Shown: positions 10,269 to 19,021 of the stretch, one piece after another
Layout of the letters: every line of letters starts with the position of its first letter
Position numbering within the stretch: the stretch's first letter is position 1
Source of the DNA: Candidatus Planktophila sp.
GTDB taxonomy: Bacteria; Actinomycetota; Actinomycetes; Nanopelagicales; Nanopelagicaceae
Assembly: GCA_037624245.1 (NCBI GenBank)
Contig: JASJJO010000004.1
Span: 1,908 to 65,907 of the forward strand
DNA: 64,000 nt
Reading direction: 5' to 3'
The notes under the pieces: generated by a model
What the model saw: the letters and a program-made list of their open reading frames with translations, nothing else
Databases searched by the model: none
What the model was told of the DNA's origin: nothing
Position numbers and translations under genes: made by a program

Positions 10269-13200
10269 TAGATAAGCCGCTTATTGAAAAGTATTCACCA
10301 GATCAGGTAGCGCAGATGATTATGACTATCGACCCAACTTTCTATCTGCCGTCCGATGAACAACGCCCGATTATTTCAATTAAAGATAATCCGCTCGAAC
10401 CTGCCGTAGTTATTGCCGGTGCCGGATCTGGAAAGACCGAAACAATGGCAGCGCGGGTTGTCTATCTCGTTGCCAATGAAATTGCGCGGCCTGATCAAAT
10501 TTTGGGGCTTACCTTTACTCGCAAGGCAGCAGGTGAGCTCAACACTCGAATTCGTAAGCGCTTACGCCAGTTTCAGCAGGCTCAAGATAAGGCAGGAATT
10601 GTCCGCACATTTAATAGCCTCGATACAGCCGTTACTACCTATCACTCCTATGCAGGACGGTTATTAAGCGAACATGCAATTCGTTACGGCATCGATGCCG
10701 ACGTTCAACCGCTCGGTGAAGCTTCTCTTTGGATGGCTGCCAATGCATTGGTTCGCCAATGGGATGACGGAACTTTTGCCAGCAATGATGCTGCAAGTAC
10801 CGTTGTCAAAGATTTGCTGGGGCTTACCTCAATGATTCTCGAACATCGTGTCAGCTTTAGCGACATTCGAGAAGCTGATGAGAAAATTCTTCAAGAGTTA
10901 GCTGCGATGACTGGGCCAACAAATGAAGAGACGCGCAAAGTTGCCAAAGTTCTCAACCAGCGCATGGCAATGCTTCCGATGATTGAATCTTTCCTTGAGG
11001 TACGTCGTCAATCAGGCGAACTCTCTTTCGATGACCAAATCGCACTTGCATCAGATATCGCTGTTAACTTTCCTGATGTCGGTGAGCTAGAGCGGGCAAA
11101 GTATCCAGTGGTCTTACTCGATGAATATCAAGATACATCTCAATCACAGGTTCGGATGTTGTCGGCGCTCTTTGGTGGCGGACATCCCGTTACCGCAGTC
11201 GGAGATCCATGCCAATCAATCTATACCTGGCGCGGAGCATCATCTGGCACGATCAGCGCATTTAATAGCAACTTCCCAAAGGCGAATGGCGCAACAGGTA
11301 AGAACGTATACGAGCTACTGACTACCTATCGCAACGATGATGCGATTCTGACTCTTGCAAATGAAATTTCAGCAGGTGTTCGATCACTTGAAGGAATTGA
11401 TGTTGCGCCCCTTAAGGCGCGCAAAGGCGCAGGTAAGGGCGATTTAACCTGCGGTATCTTTGAGAATCTAGAGGCCGAAAGTACTGCAATCGCTGAATAT
11501 TTTGCGCCCCTCTGGAATAACCCGGCCCGTACTCAGGCTGGCTCTAAGGCGCCAAAGACCTTTGCAGTCCTTGTTCGTAAACGAGCTCAAATTGCCTTGA
11601 TTCAAGAGGCCCTGGCTTACGCGGGTATACCTTCAGAAGTTCTTGGCCTTGGCGGTCTTGTTCATCTACCTGAGGTAGCAGATGTAGTTGCGATGTTGAA
11701 GGTAGTTAATAACCCTGATGCAGGGTCCTCGCTCATGAGGTTACTGACTGGTCCACGCCTCAATCTTGGTCCACGCGATATCGCGGCGCTGGGTCGCTTT
11801 GCTCGTTCGCGATCGGAAGAAATGCGGGCAGATAGCAGAAGTATTGTAAAAAATATTATTGCGGGAAATCCTCAATCTGCCGAGAGCGATGATCAATTTA
11901 TTGGAAGCGTTATCGACGCACTTGATGAAATTGAAAAGTGTGACAAGAGAAACTTCAGCGAGCTTGGGTATCAACGCCTTGCATCATTTGCCTCAGACCT
12001 TCGCCGACTACGTTCTCGTGCATCTGCACCCATTACAGATCTTATTGTTGATATCGAGCGCTACTTAAACCTGGAATCTGAAGTGATCTTACGTGATGGG
12101 GGCATACGCGGTCGTCGCCACCTTGATCGCTTCTTAGATGAGGCTGCAAAGTTTGCACGAAGCGGCGGCACCTTATCTGCGTTCCTACAGTGGTTAGATA
12201 TTGCAAGCGAAGAAGAAGGTGGTCTTAAAGCTGGCGCACCTGAAGTCGATAGCAGTATTGTGCAAATTCTTACTATCCATATGGCAAAGGGTGCTGAATG
12301 GGATGTTGTAGCTGTTCCAGGCCTTGCGCAAGGCACATTCCCCAGCGGTAATACATCAGATCCCGATAATTGGATTACCAACGAAGCCCATATTCCATTC
12401 TCACTCCGTGGAGATGGTGCGCTCCTGCCAGTCTTTACTTGGAACGCTGCGACGACAAATGCACAGGCAAAAAAGGCAATTGATGCCTTTGCTCACGATT
12501 GTGTGGCGTATAAAGAACGTGAAGAAATTCGACTTGGTTATGTTGCAATGACTCGAGCTCGTACACACCTATTCTGTTCAACATCGTTTTGGCGAGATGG
12601 TAAGAAACCAGTTGATCCTTCAATTATTTACGAACGAGTGCAAGAGGTTGCAAGCGCTGTCGGCACCGTTTTATCGGCACCTGTTGCACCCGTTAGCAGC
12701 GATCGCAATCCAGCCCACGATCAAGAGATAACAGCGCAATGGCCACGAGATCCTTTGGGCGAGCGTCGAGCAGATTTTGATCGCACAGTCGCGCTCGTTG
12801 AAAGCGCGGCGCCGCTTGATTTGGGCGCAGAGGTAAATGCAGAAGTAAATAAAGAAGTTCAGGGTTGGGTTGATGATGCGCGAGCGATCATCGCTGAATT
12901 TAATGAATTTAAGGCAGGAGCCTTAGATGTTGCACTACCTGCGCGCCTTTCAACCTCATCGCTGATTGCACTTGCTCAAGATCCTGCAGAACTTGCGCGC
13001 ACAATTCGCAGACCAATGCCACGCGCTATGGATGAATACTCGCACCGTGGAACAGCTTTTCACGTGTGGGTCGAAAATCATTTCAACGCTAAGACGCTCT
13101 TTGACGACGAAGATTTTGATCTGTTGACACCCTTTGAAGAGGATCAGAAGTTAGAAGATCTCAAAGCTGCGTGGCTGGCTTCATCATGGGCAACGTTGCA

Positions 13201-13504
13201 TCCCTATGCCGTTGAAGTTCCATTTGAAACAGTCATTGCAGGTGTTCTGGTACGTGGGCGAATCGATGCCGTATATAAGAACGAGAATGGATTTGAAGTT
13301 GTCGATTGGAAGACTGGTTCAAAAGAGCTTGGGCAAGCCCCCGCTGTCCAGCTTGCGGTCTATCGCCTTGCCTGGGCTAAGTTACAAGGTGTTGCCGTCG
13401 AAGATGTAACCGCTGCATTTCACTATGTACCAATCAATAGAACAGATCGCCGGGCTAACTTATTAAGTGAGGCCCAACTTATAGACCTTCTATCAATTCG
13501 ATAG
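10265..13504 (+). CDS. adnB: AdnB-like helicase-nuclease subunit (UvrD/PcrA-type motor plus RecB-type nuclease)
   Basis: GAGSGKTE Walker A, LLDEYQDTS, TIHMAKGAEWD, YVAMTRAR, C-terminal GRIDAVY ... VVDWKTGSK ... QLAVYRLAW. I prefer the ATG at 10265, which overlaps the adnA stop as ATGA, over the track TTG at 10229. Confidence 0.8.
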   Translation: MIDKPLIEKYSPDQVAQMIMTIDPTFYLPSDEQRPIISIKDNPLEPAVVIAGAGSGKTETMAARVVYLVANEIARPDQILGLTFTRKAAGELNTRIRKRLRQFQQAQDKAGIVRTFNSLDTAVTTYHSYAGRLLSEHAIRYGIDADVQPLGEASLWMAANALVRQWDDGTFASNDAASTVVKDLLGLTSMILEHRVSFSDIREADEKILQELAAMTGPTNEETRKVAKVLNQRMAMLPMIESFLEVRRQSGELSFDDQIALASDIAVNFPDVGELERAKYPVVLLDEYQDTSQSQVRMLSALFGGGHPVTAVGDPCQSIYTWRGASSGTISAFNSNFPKANGATGKNVYELLTTYRNDDAILTLANEISAGVRSLEGIDVAPLKARKGAGKGDLTCGIFENLEAESTAIAEYFAPLWNNPARTQAGSKAPKTFAVLVRKRAQIALIQEALAYAGIPSEVLGLGGLVHLPEVADVVAMLKVVNNPDAGSSLMRLLTGPRLNLGPRDIAALGRFARSRSEEMRADSRSIVKNIIAGNPQSAESDDQFIGSVIDALDEIEKCDKRNFSELGYQRLASFASDLRRLRSRASAPITDLIVDIERYLNLESEVILRDGGIRGRRHLDRFLDEAAKFARSGGTLSAFLQWLDIASEEEGGLKAGAPEVDSSIVQILTIHMAKGAEWDVVAVPGLAQGTFPSGNTSDPDNWITNEAHIPFSLRGDGALLPVFTWNAATTNAQAKKAIDAFAHDCVAYKEREEIRLGYVAMTRARTHLFCSTSFWRDGKKPVDPSIIYERVQEVASAVGTVLSAPVAPVSSDRNPAHDQEITAQWPRDPLGERRADFDRTVALVESAAPLDLGAEVNAEVNKEVQGWVDDARAIIAEFNEFKAGALDVALPARLSTSSLIALAQDPAELARTIRRPMPRAMDEYSHRGTAFHVWVENHFNAKTLFDDEDFDLLTPFEEDQKLEDLKAAWLASSWATLHPYAVEVPFETVIAGVLVRGRIDAVYKNENGFEVVDWKTGSKELGQAPAVQLAVYRLAWAKLQGVAVEDVTAAFHYVPINRTDRRANLLSEAQLIDLLSIR

Positions 13505-14315
13505 AGAGCGGCAGATGGTCACTTACCCCTGTGGCGCTATTTTTGATAGTGCGATAGCCATCGACAGCTACATCTTTGCTCAAAATATAATCAAATTGAA
13601 TCTTAGGGCTCCAACTTGGATAAGTATTCTCGGTTACAAGTGATTGCCACTTCGAACCCAAGACAGGAAGGTTCTTAGGCAAATTAAGATCTCCAACCAC
13701 GATCGCACGTGTCTGCGTGGATACGGCAAGTTCAAGGGCCCACCTCTTTAATTTTCTTAGCTGCGCCGTATTAAAACCAGGGACAAACGAAAGGTGTGTG
13801 TTGACCACGGTCCAACCATTACTAAGAACTGCAGCTAGCGCTAAACGAGGTTCATCTTTCACATAGATAAATCTCAGCTTTCCTTTTCCAGTTTCGTCGC
13901 CGGGAACAATCAGAGGTAAGCCAACAGGTGCATTTCCAAGATTTAAGCGATGCCAAGAGAGCACTGGAATCTTTGAGACGATTCCGATTCCATAACTTTC
14001 ATGTACTAGTTCTGAGTGAGGTGAGTTATTAGAAATAATTTCTGGCTCATGGTCGTGCTTCTTTCTCCAAGATTGACCAGGCGTTCCCATCACACTTGGT
14101 CCCATCGCCCAATCGCGAGCCCCTATCGCCTCTGCAATATCTCGCATCTGTGGACGTGATTGAGAACGCGGCAAGAAATGGTCTACCTCTTGAAGCGCAT
14201 AGAAATCAGATCTAAGGGCCTCAACCGCTCGAGTAAGAGCGGAAGGGTCTGCTTTTTTCTGCGGGGGTATCTGCATTCCATGCAGGAGATTCCACGAGGT
14301 GATGCGCACCCCCAC
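13479..14315 (-). CDS. Endonuclease/exonuclease/phosphatase (EEP) family protein
   Basis: 278 aa. SWNLLHG, ALQEVD, VNTHLSF, GDLNL and SDHLPL are the EEP catalytic motif series. Its 3' end overlaps the adnB 3' end by 26 nt (convergent). Confidence 0.8.
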   Translation of the reverse strand: MGVRITSWNLLHGMQIPPQKKADPSALTRAVEALRSDFYALQEVDHFLPRSQSRPQMRDIAEAIGARDWAMGPSVMGTPGQSWRKKHDHEPEIISNNSPHSELVHESYGIGIVSKIPVLSWHRLNLGNAPVGLPLIVPGDETGKGKLRFIYVKDEPRLALAAVLSNGWTVVNTHLSFVPGFNTAQLRKLKRWALELAVSTQTRAIVVGDLNLPKNLPVLGSKWQSLVTENTYPSWSPKIQFDYILSKDVAVDGYRTIKNSATGVSDHLPLSIELIEGL

Positions 14316-14334
14316 AGACTAGTAACCTGCACCT

Positions 14335-15264
14335 GTGAGCGCGATAAATCAGCACCCTTCCCGCATAGATCGCGCCGGTGAGCTCCGAACAAATCCTGCA
14401 ACACTGGATCAACTATGGTCGCAAGCTAAGATTATTAAAGTCTGCGAAGGAAGGCTCTTATCAGGTACGAGCCAACTCAATTTACTCTCAGCCGGTCATG
14501 TCGCAGATGAGATTGCATCTGAAAAATTTAACGAGGGCTCGCAATATTTTTTAGGCCTAGATAACGATTCTCGCCAACCATTCTTTGCCTGGGATACAAC
14601 CTGGCGCGCAGAAGTAAGCGATAGTGAGAAAGAGAGCGGATATAAAACGCTGCGCGAAATCGGTGCCGAACTTTCAGAGAGTGAGTCCGAGCTAGCCCTT
14701 CACGCAACAGCTCTTGCGAATTGGCATAGAGCGCATCCTCGTTGCCCACACTGTGGGGCTATTACTCGAGTCGATCTGGGTGGAGCATCTCGATTCTGCG
14801 ATGTTGATCAGAGCCACCATCACCCGCGAACTGATTCAGCGGTCATCGTTCTGATTAAAGACCGCGCAGATCGCATCTTGCTGGGACATCAACCAGTATG
14901 GCCAGAAGGTCGCTTCTCCACATTTGCGGGCTTTCTCGAACCCGGTGAAACCTTTGAACAATGTGTTGCGCGAGAAGTTTTTGAAGAATCCAATGTCAAA
15001 GTCAGTGAGTTGCGATATTTAGGTTCACAACCCTGGCCATTTCCAGCAAGCATCATGATCGCCTTTGAAGCAGTAACGGATAGCCCCGAAAGTGCTCAAG
15101 GAGATGGCGAAGAGATAACGGATGTGAAATGGTTTTCACGCGCTGAACTCAAGGCGGCAGCTGCAGATGGTTCACTCTTACTTCCACCATCAATTTCTGT
15201 TGCTCGCAAAATGATTGAACGCTGGCTCGGGGAAAAGGTGCACGGCGGCGAAGCATGGCGATAA
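14335..15264 (+). CDS. nudC: NAD(+) diphosphatase / NADH pyrophosphatase (Nudix, NudC type)
   Basis: 309 aa. Zinc-ribbon CPHCG, Nudix box GFLEPGETFEQCVAREVFEESN, SQPWPFP motif. GTG start with TAACCT at -12..-7. Confidence 0.85.
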   Translation: MSAINQHPSRIDRAGELRTNPATLDQLWSQAKIIKVCEGRLLSGTSQLNLLSAGHVADEIASEKFNEGSQYFLGLDNDSRQPFFAWDTTWRAEVSDSEKESGYKTLREIGAELSESESELALHATALANWHRAHPRCPHCGAITRVDLGGASRFCDVDQSHHHPRTDSAVIVLIKDRADRILLGHQPVWPEGRFSTFAGFLEPGETFEQCVAREVFEESNVKVSELRYLGSQPWPFPASIMIAFEAVTDSPESAQGDGEEITDVKWFSRAELKAAAADGSLLLPPSISVARKMIERWLGEKVHGGEAWR

Positions 15265-15292
15265 TTTTTAGCCATTTATATGGCGGCATCAC

Positions 15293-16942
15293 ATGGCGCT
15301 AGAAAGCGAAATCCTCGCTGCCCTCGACCCCGATCAACGCGCTGTAGCACTTGCCACCCGTGGACCTGTCTGTGTTATCGCAGGAGCTGGTACTGGAAAG
15401 ACTCGCGCCATTACCCATCGAATTGCATACGCTGCCGCCATTGGAACGATGGATCCACAGAAAGTTCTGGCGCTGACATTTACTGCAAAAGCCGCAGGAG
15501 AAATGCGCGCACGACTTCGTTCCCTTGGCGTACCAACAGTTGCAGCGCGAACCATTCACTCAGCAGCCCTTCGCCAACTGCTCTACTTCTGGCCAACTGT
15601 CTTTGGTGGGCGCACTCCGGATTTAATGACAACCAAGACTGGGTTTATTACTGAAGCTATCAATCGCGCTGGGCTATCAGATTCTGTGCGCACCACCAAT
15701 CGTGAACTCATGCGAGATATTGCATCAGAGATTGAATGGGCAAAAGTTTCTCAAGTTGCCCCTAGTGATTTTATTGATGAGATCAGCAAGCGCATGCAGA
15801 AACCACGCGTTATTCCAGAGCAGATGGTGCAGATTTATACCGCTTACGAAAGTGTAAAAAAGCAGGAGCTAGCAATTGATTTTGAAGATGTGCTCTTACT
15901 CTGCGCAGGAATGTTGGAAGAAGAGGCCGATGTTCGCGAGCGTGTACAAGATCAATATCGTTATTTCACAATTGATGAGTATCAGGATATTTCCCCCGTT
16001 CAACAGCGTTTAATTAATGCTTGGTTGGGTAAGCGCCACGATATTTGTGTCGTTGGCGATCCTGCACAAACGATTTATTCATTTGCCGGGGCAACACCTG
16101 TTTTCTTAAATACATTTACGCAACGCTTTCCAGAGGCTGAGGTAATTCGATTAAGTACCGGCTACCGATCTACCCCTGAAATTACCTTTGCGGCAAATGC
16201 TCTACTGCGCCATGGTTCTATGGGGCAGGAGCTCGTTGCACAAAGCGAGCATGGCTCGATGCCGAGCGTTGTTGCATATGCAAATGAATCAGCAGAGGTT
16301 GCTGGAGTCTTAGGTGAAATCACAGAGCTGCTTACCTCTGGAACTCCACCACACGAAGTGGCAATTTTGGCCCGCACAAATTCACAACTTAAGAGCGTAG
16401 AACGAGAAATGGTAAAACTTAATCTGCCGTATCAAGTGCGCAGCACAGAGAGATTCTTTGATCGCAGAGAGATCCGAGATTTCCTTGGTCAAGTTCGTAA
16501 AGCATCTGTCATACCGGCTGAAGGACAGGGCTGGATTGATGAACTTCGCACCCTGGCGCAACCCTATTTGACAGGTGAAACTATCGATGGAATTGCAGCG
16601 CTACTTCACCTTGCCCGCGAACTCGATAACGATGAGAACTTCACTCCAAAAACTCTGCGTGGGTATTTGCGAGAAGTAGAAGATCGGGTTCAGCAGAATA
16701 ATCCGCCAACGATGCCGGTAGTAACTCTTGCAACTCTGCATGCTGCAAAAGGCCTTGAATGGGAGCGAGTCTTTTTAATCGGCGCATCTGATGGCCAACT
16801 ACCTGTGGCCGATGCATCTATTGATGAAGAGCGGCGCCTGTTCTATGTAGGAATCACCCGAGCCAAAGCCGATTTACATATTTCGTACCGCTCAAACCCC
16901 AGTCCATTCCTGCGTGAAGCCGGGTTACTCGCCAGTTCGTAG
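15293..16942 (+). CDS. UvrD/PcrA-family ATP-dependent DNA helicase, short form (UvrD2 position in synteny)
   Basis: 549 aa. AGAGTGKT, TFT.KAA, DEYQD, VGDPAQTIYSF, GYRS, TLHAAKGLEW, FYVGITRAK. The protein ends right after motif VI, so there is no Cys4 module and no HRDC domain. Confidence 0.85.
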   Translation: MALESEILAALDPDQRAVALATRGPVCVIAGAGTGKTRAITHRIAYAAAIGTMDPQKVLALTFTAKAAGEMRARLRSLGVPTVAARTIHSAALRQLLYFWPTVFGGRTPDLMTTKTGFITEAINRAGLSDSVRTTNRELMRDIASEIEWAKVSQVAPSDFIDEISKRMQKPRVIPEQMVQIYTAYESVKKQELAIDFEDVLLLCAGMLEEEADVRERVQDQYRYFTIDEYQDISPVQQRLINAWLGKRHDICVVGDPAQTIYSFAGATPVFLNTFTQRFPEAEVIRLSTGYRSTPEITFAANALLRHGSMGQELVAQSEHGSMPSVVAYANESAEVAGVLGEITELLTSGTPPHEVAILARTNSQLKSVEREMVKLNLPYQVRSTERFFDRREIRDFLGQVRKASVIPAEGQGWIDELRTLAQPYLTGETIDGIAALLHLARELDNDENFTPKTLRGYLREVEDRVQQNNPPTMPVVTLATLHAAKGLEWERVFLIGASDGQLPVADASIDEERRLFYVGITRAKADLHISYRSNPSPFLREAGLLASS

Positions 16943-16958
16943 AGCCAGCAAGCTGCCC

Positions 16959-16999
16959 ATTTAATTAGGTTGCCAGAGCGATATCCCATCGCGTACTCT
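16959..16999 (+). promoter_or_regulatory. Candidate whiB7 promoter with AT-rich block next to the -35
   Basis: ATTTAATTA (16959-16967), GG, TTGCCA (16970-16975), 18-nt spacer, TACTCT (16994-16999). This architecture resembles the AT-hook-assisted autoregulated whiB7 promoters of mycobacteria and streptomycetes. Confidence 0.35.
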
Positions 17000-17030
17000 T
17001 AGCTCTTCATCTAGGTGAGAAGGGGTTGAA

Positions 17031-17213
17031 ATGAATTCAGTATTCACTTCACCGTTAACAGCAGACGCACGCGCTGCTGTGCCTTCTGCGACTCATACAA
17101 CCTCAACAGCTAAGCGTTCACATAAGCGAACAGCTTGGCCCACCGCACCAAAGTCAGCGTTTTACGCCAACTTTTATGCAGTGGTTGAGGCCACAGGAGC
17201 TCTAGTCGAATAA
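17031..17213 (+). CDS. Upstream ORF (60 codons, Ala/Thr-rich) in the whiB7 leader
   Basis: ATG preceded by GAGAAGGGG. The peptide is MNSVFTSPLTADARAAVPSATHTTSTAKRSHKRTAWPTAPKSAFYANFYAVVEATGALVE, and the stop lies 20 nt before a terminator hairpin. Its role as a regulatory uORF is inferred from position only. Confidence 0.4.
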   Translation: MNSVFTSPLTADARAAVPSATHTTSTAKRSHKRTAWPTAPKSAFYANFYAVVEATGALVE

Positions 17214-17231
17214 CTTCGAACAGACCCACAA

Positions 17232-17272
17232 GGGCCTCAAATCCACTCGATGGATTTGGAGGTCCTTTTTTA
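17232..17272 (+). terminator. Intrinsic terminator / attenuator in the whiB7 5' leader
   Basis: About 14-bp stem, GGGCCTCAAATCCA (17232-17245) / TGGATTTGGAGGTCC (17251-17265), with one bulge and one G-U pair, a 5-nt loop, then TTTTTT (17266-17271). Located between the uORF and whiB7. Confidence 0.6.
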
Positions 17273-17355
17273 TTACCTACAGAAAAACCAAATATGGAAA
17301 CCAAAACAAGAAGCAACGAGAGAAAGAAACCGAATAGAGAGAAGAGGTGAGAGCT

Positions 17356-17718
17356 ATGACAGTTCTCTTCAGTGAACTACAGGTACCAGGCTGGGCAGAT
17401 AGCGGCGAAAAGATGGGCTTAAAGGATGTGACCTTTAGCTATGACAACGCCAAGGCCTTTACCCTGCCATGCCATGTTGCAGATCCTGAGCTCTTCTACT
17501 CTGAGACTGATCAAGGTATTGCAGAAGCCAAGGCGCTCTGCCGAAGTTGTCCTGTGCGCAATAAGTGTCTCGATGGTGCGTTATCGCGCCGAGAGCCATG
17601 CGGTGTTTGGGGCGGCCAACTTATTGAAGATGGCGTGATCATCGAACGCAAGCGACGTGCAGGTCGTCCGCCTCGTCAAGTCATTGCAGCAGCTCGCATT
17701 GTGGATGAGCAACGCTAG
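17356..17718 (+). CDS. whiB7: WhiB7-type Fe-S transcriptional regulator with C-terminal AT-hook
   Basis: LPCHVADPELFYS, CRSCPVRNKC, EPCGVWGGQ and the C-terminal KRRAGRPPR closely parallel M. tuberculosis WhiB7 (LPCHVGDPDLWFA, EPWGVWGGE, RGRPRK). The start is ambiguous: GTG 17347, ATG 17356 (best SD, GAGGTGAG) or ATG 17413. Confidence 0.85.
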   Translation: MTVLFSELQVPGWADSGEKMGLKDVTFSYDNAKAFTLPCHVADPELFYSETDQGIAEAKALCRSCPVRNKCLDGALSRREPCGVWGGQLIEDGVIIERKRRAGRPPRQVIAAARIVDEQR

Positions 17719-17737
17719 CGCTATAAGAGTATAAAAG

Positions 17738-18883
17738 TTAGAAAGCGCAGCCGCAGAGTGGATGGCGAGTAATTGCCACCACCTCTGGAACTTCTAAAAA
17801 TTGGTAGTCGATTGAAATTATCTTCCCCGTAATTTCATCGCCTACCAATTTTTCTTGGTACTTCTTTGAATCGCTCTCTGCAGTTAGTGCGCCATACATC
17901 GTCTGCCAATCGCAGAAACGCAAAATCTGAGAAGCTGCAAGAGCTGCAATAAAGTGAGCCGCTACCTGAGGAAAATCTTCACTCTCAAATCTCAGAGGTT
18001 GCGAATATGAGATACCGGTATGTTCTTCCTCTAACAGCTGCGCACATCGCAGACATGGCGTCTTTCCGGGAATCACGAGTGGGCCCACTTGTCCTCGATC
18101 TGCAAGGGGCGCCGGAATATGGAGAAATGGCTGACCGGAGCTCATCCAGAGGCTGAGCTGCTCAGGGTCGATTTCACCGCAATGAACTTTTAAATCAGGG
18201 GTAGAAATCTCATCGAGATAATTTTCATCGCGATCGATGGGAAATAGCGAGTAATCACGCCTGCGATCTTCACATTCTTTGGCAAATGAAAATCCAATCT
18301 CTGATGCCTTAAATCCAGATACTGCAATATCGAGATCTCCAATGTGCACCTGCCTCCCACGCGAGTTAGGGGTAAAGCGAGCGTGCGATAGACCACTGGA
18401 TAGGAGAATGGGATAGAGAAGTGTGGCGACTCGGTCAGAGCCAGAAATTTCTACAAGATAGTTCTGCCGAGCGCTCAATACCTCTATGCCGGCATCGTGA
18501 ACTCCTGCGATCCACGTTATCTGTGTGAGCTCAGGAGCAACTCGCCGTTGTAACTGCGCAAAGGCTGCATCGCTCTCTGGCCGGCTATTTTTCCGTGCGC
18601 GGTGATCGACTTTAGAGATGAAGCGTTTCGATAGGCGTAGCGTGCTCTGCTTTGTATCAAGCAAGTGATGGTGGGCAAGCTCGGCGAGCGTGTTCTGAAT
18701 TTCTAGGGGGCGTGCATCCGAATTACCTAACAGTTGATCCTCGCTTGCTCCACGAATCATCTCCCGCGCAATCACTCTCTCTGCCGGAGTAGTGAGCGGG
18801 GCTGCACGCTTTCGGGTTCCAATAAAGTATTGACCATCGGCAACGCGCTCAAAGAGGGCGACTCCACGTTTAATTCTCTTCAT
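17738..18883 (-). CDS. E1/ThiF-like fold protein with a degenerate nucleotide-binding loop (orphan cyclodehydratase-docking-like protein)
   Basis: 381 aa. VEISGSDRVATLLYPILLSSGLSH aligns with the ThiF/MoeB V.IVGAGGLGS....L..AGVG Rossmann loop, but GxGxxG is lost. ThiF-type Cys pairs are present (GKTPCLRCAQL and the C-terminal HPLCGC). No YcaO, Ubl or sulfur-carrier partner is adjacent. Confidence 0.5.
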   Translation of the reverse strand: MKRIKRGVALFERVADGQYFIGTRKRAAPLTTPAERVIAREMIRGASEDQLLGNSDARPLEIQNTLAELAHHHLLDTKQSTLRLSKRFISKVDHRARKNSRPESDAAFAQLQRRVAPELTQITWIAGVHDAGIEVLSARQNYLVEISGSDRVATLLYPILLSSGLSHARFTPNSRGRQVHIGDLDIAVSGFKASEIGFSFAKECEDRRRDYSLFPIDRDENYLDEISTPDLKVHCGEIDPEQLSLWMSSGQPFLHIPAPLADRGQVGPLVIPGKTPCLRCAQLLEEEHTGISYSQPLRFESEDFPQVAAHFIAALAASQILRFCDWQTMYGALTAESDSKKYQEKLVGDEITGKIISIDYQFLEVPEVVAITRHPLCGCAF

Positions 18884-19021
18884 AGCGGGGAATTGTGCGC
18901 GTTATCTCAACCCCGTATGAGAGTGAGCTCAGTTGACTGTGCACAAGCCGCTTGGATTACACCTATGAGCTAGGTCCTAGGACGGATGGTTACATACAAG
19001 TGTGCAGGGAAAGGAAAAAGA

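Noticed and set aside
15280-15654. A 124-aa ORF (MAASHGARKRNPRCPRP...) overlapping the start of the UvrD-like helicase in another frame.
   Set aside because: The helicase frame carries the canonical Walker A and motif Ia in this same stretch. The alternative frame is Arg/Cys/Trp-rich with no motifs.
17294-17350. A second mini-uORF (METKTRSNERKKPNREKR) between the attenuator and whiB7, ending 5 nt before the whiB7 ATG.
   Set aside because: It has no SD-like sequence upstream of its ATG. It lies in a purine-rich tract where such ORFs arise by chance. It is kept only as a note to the whiB7 leader finding.
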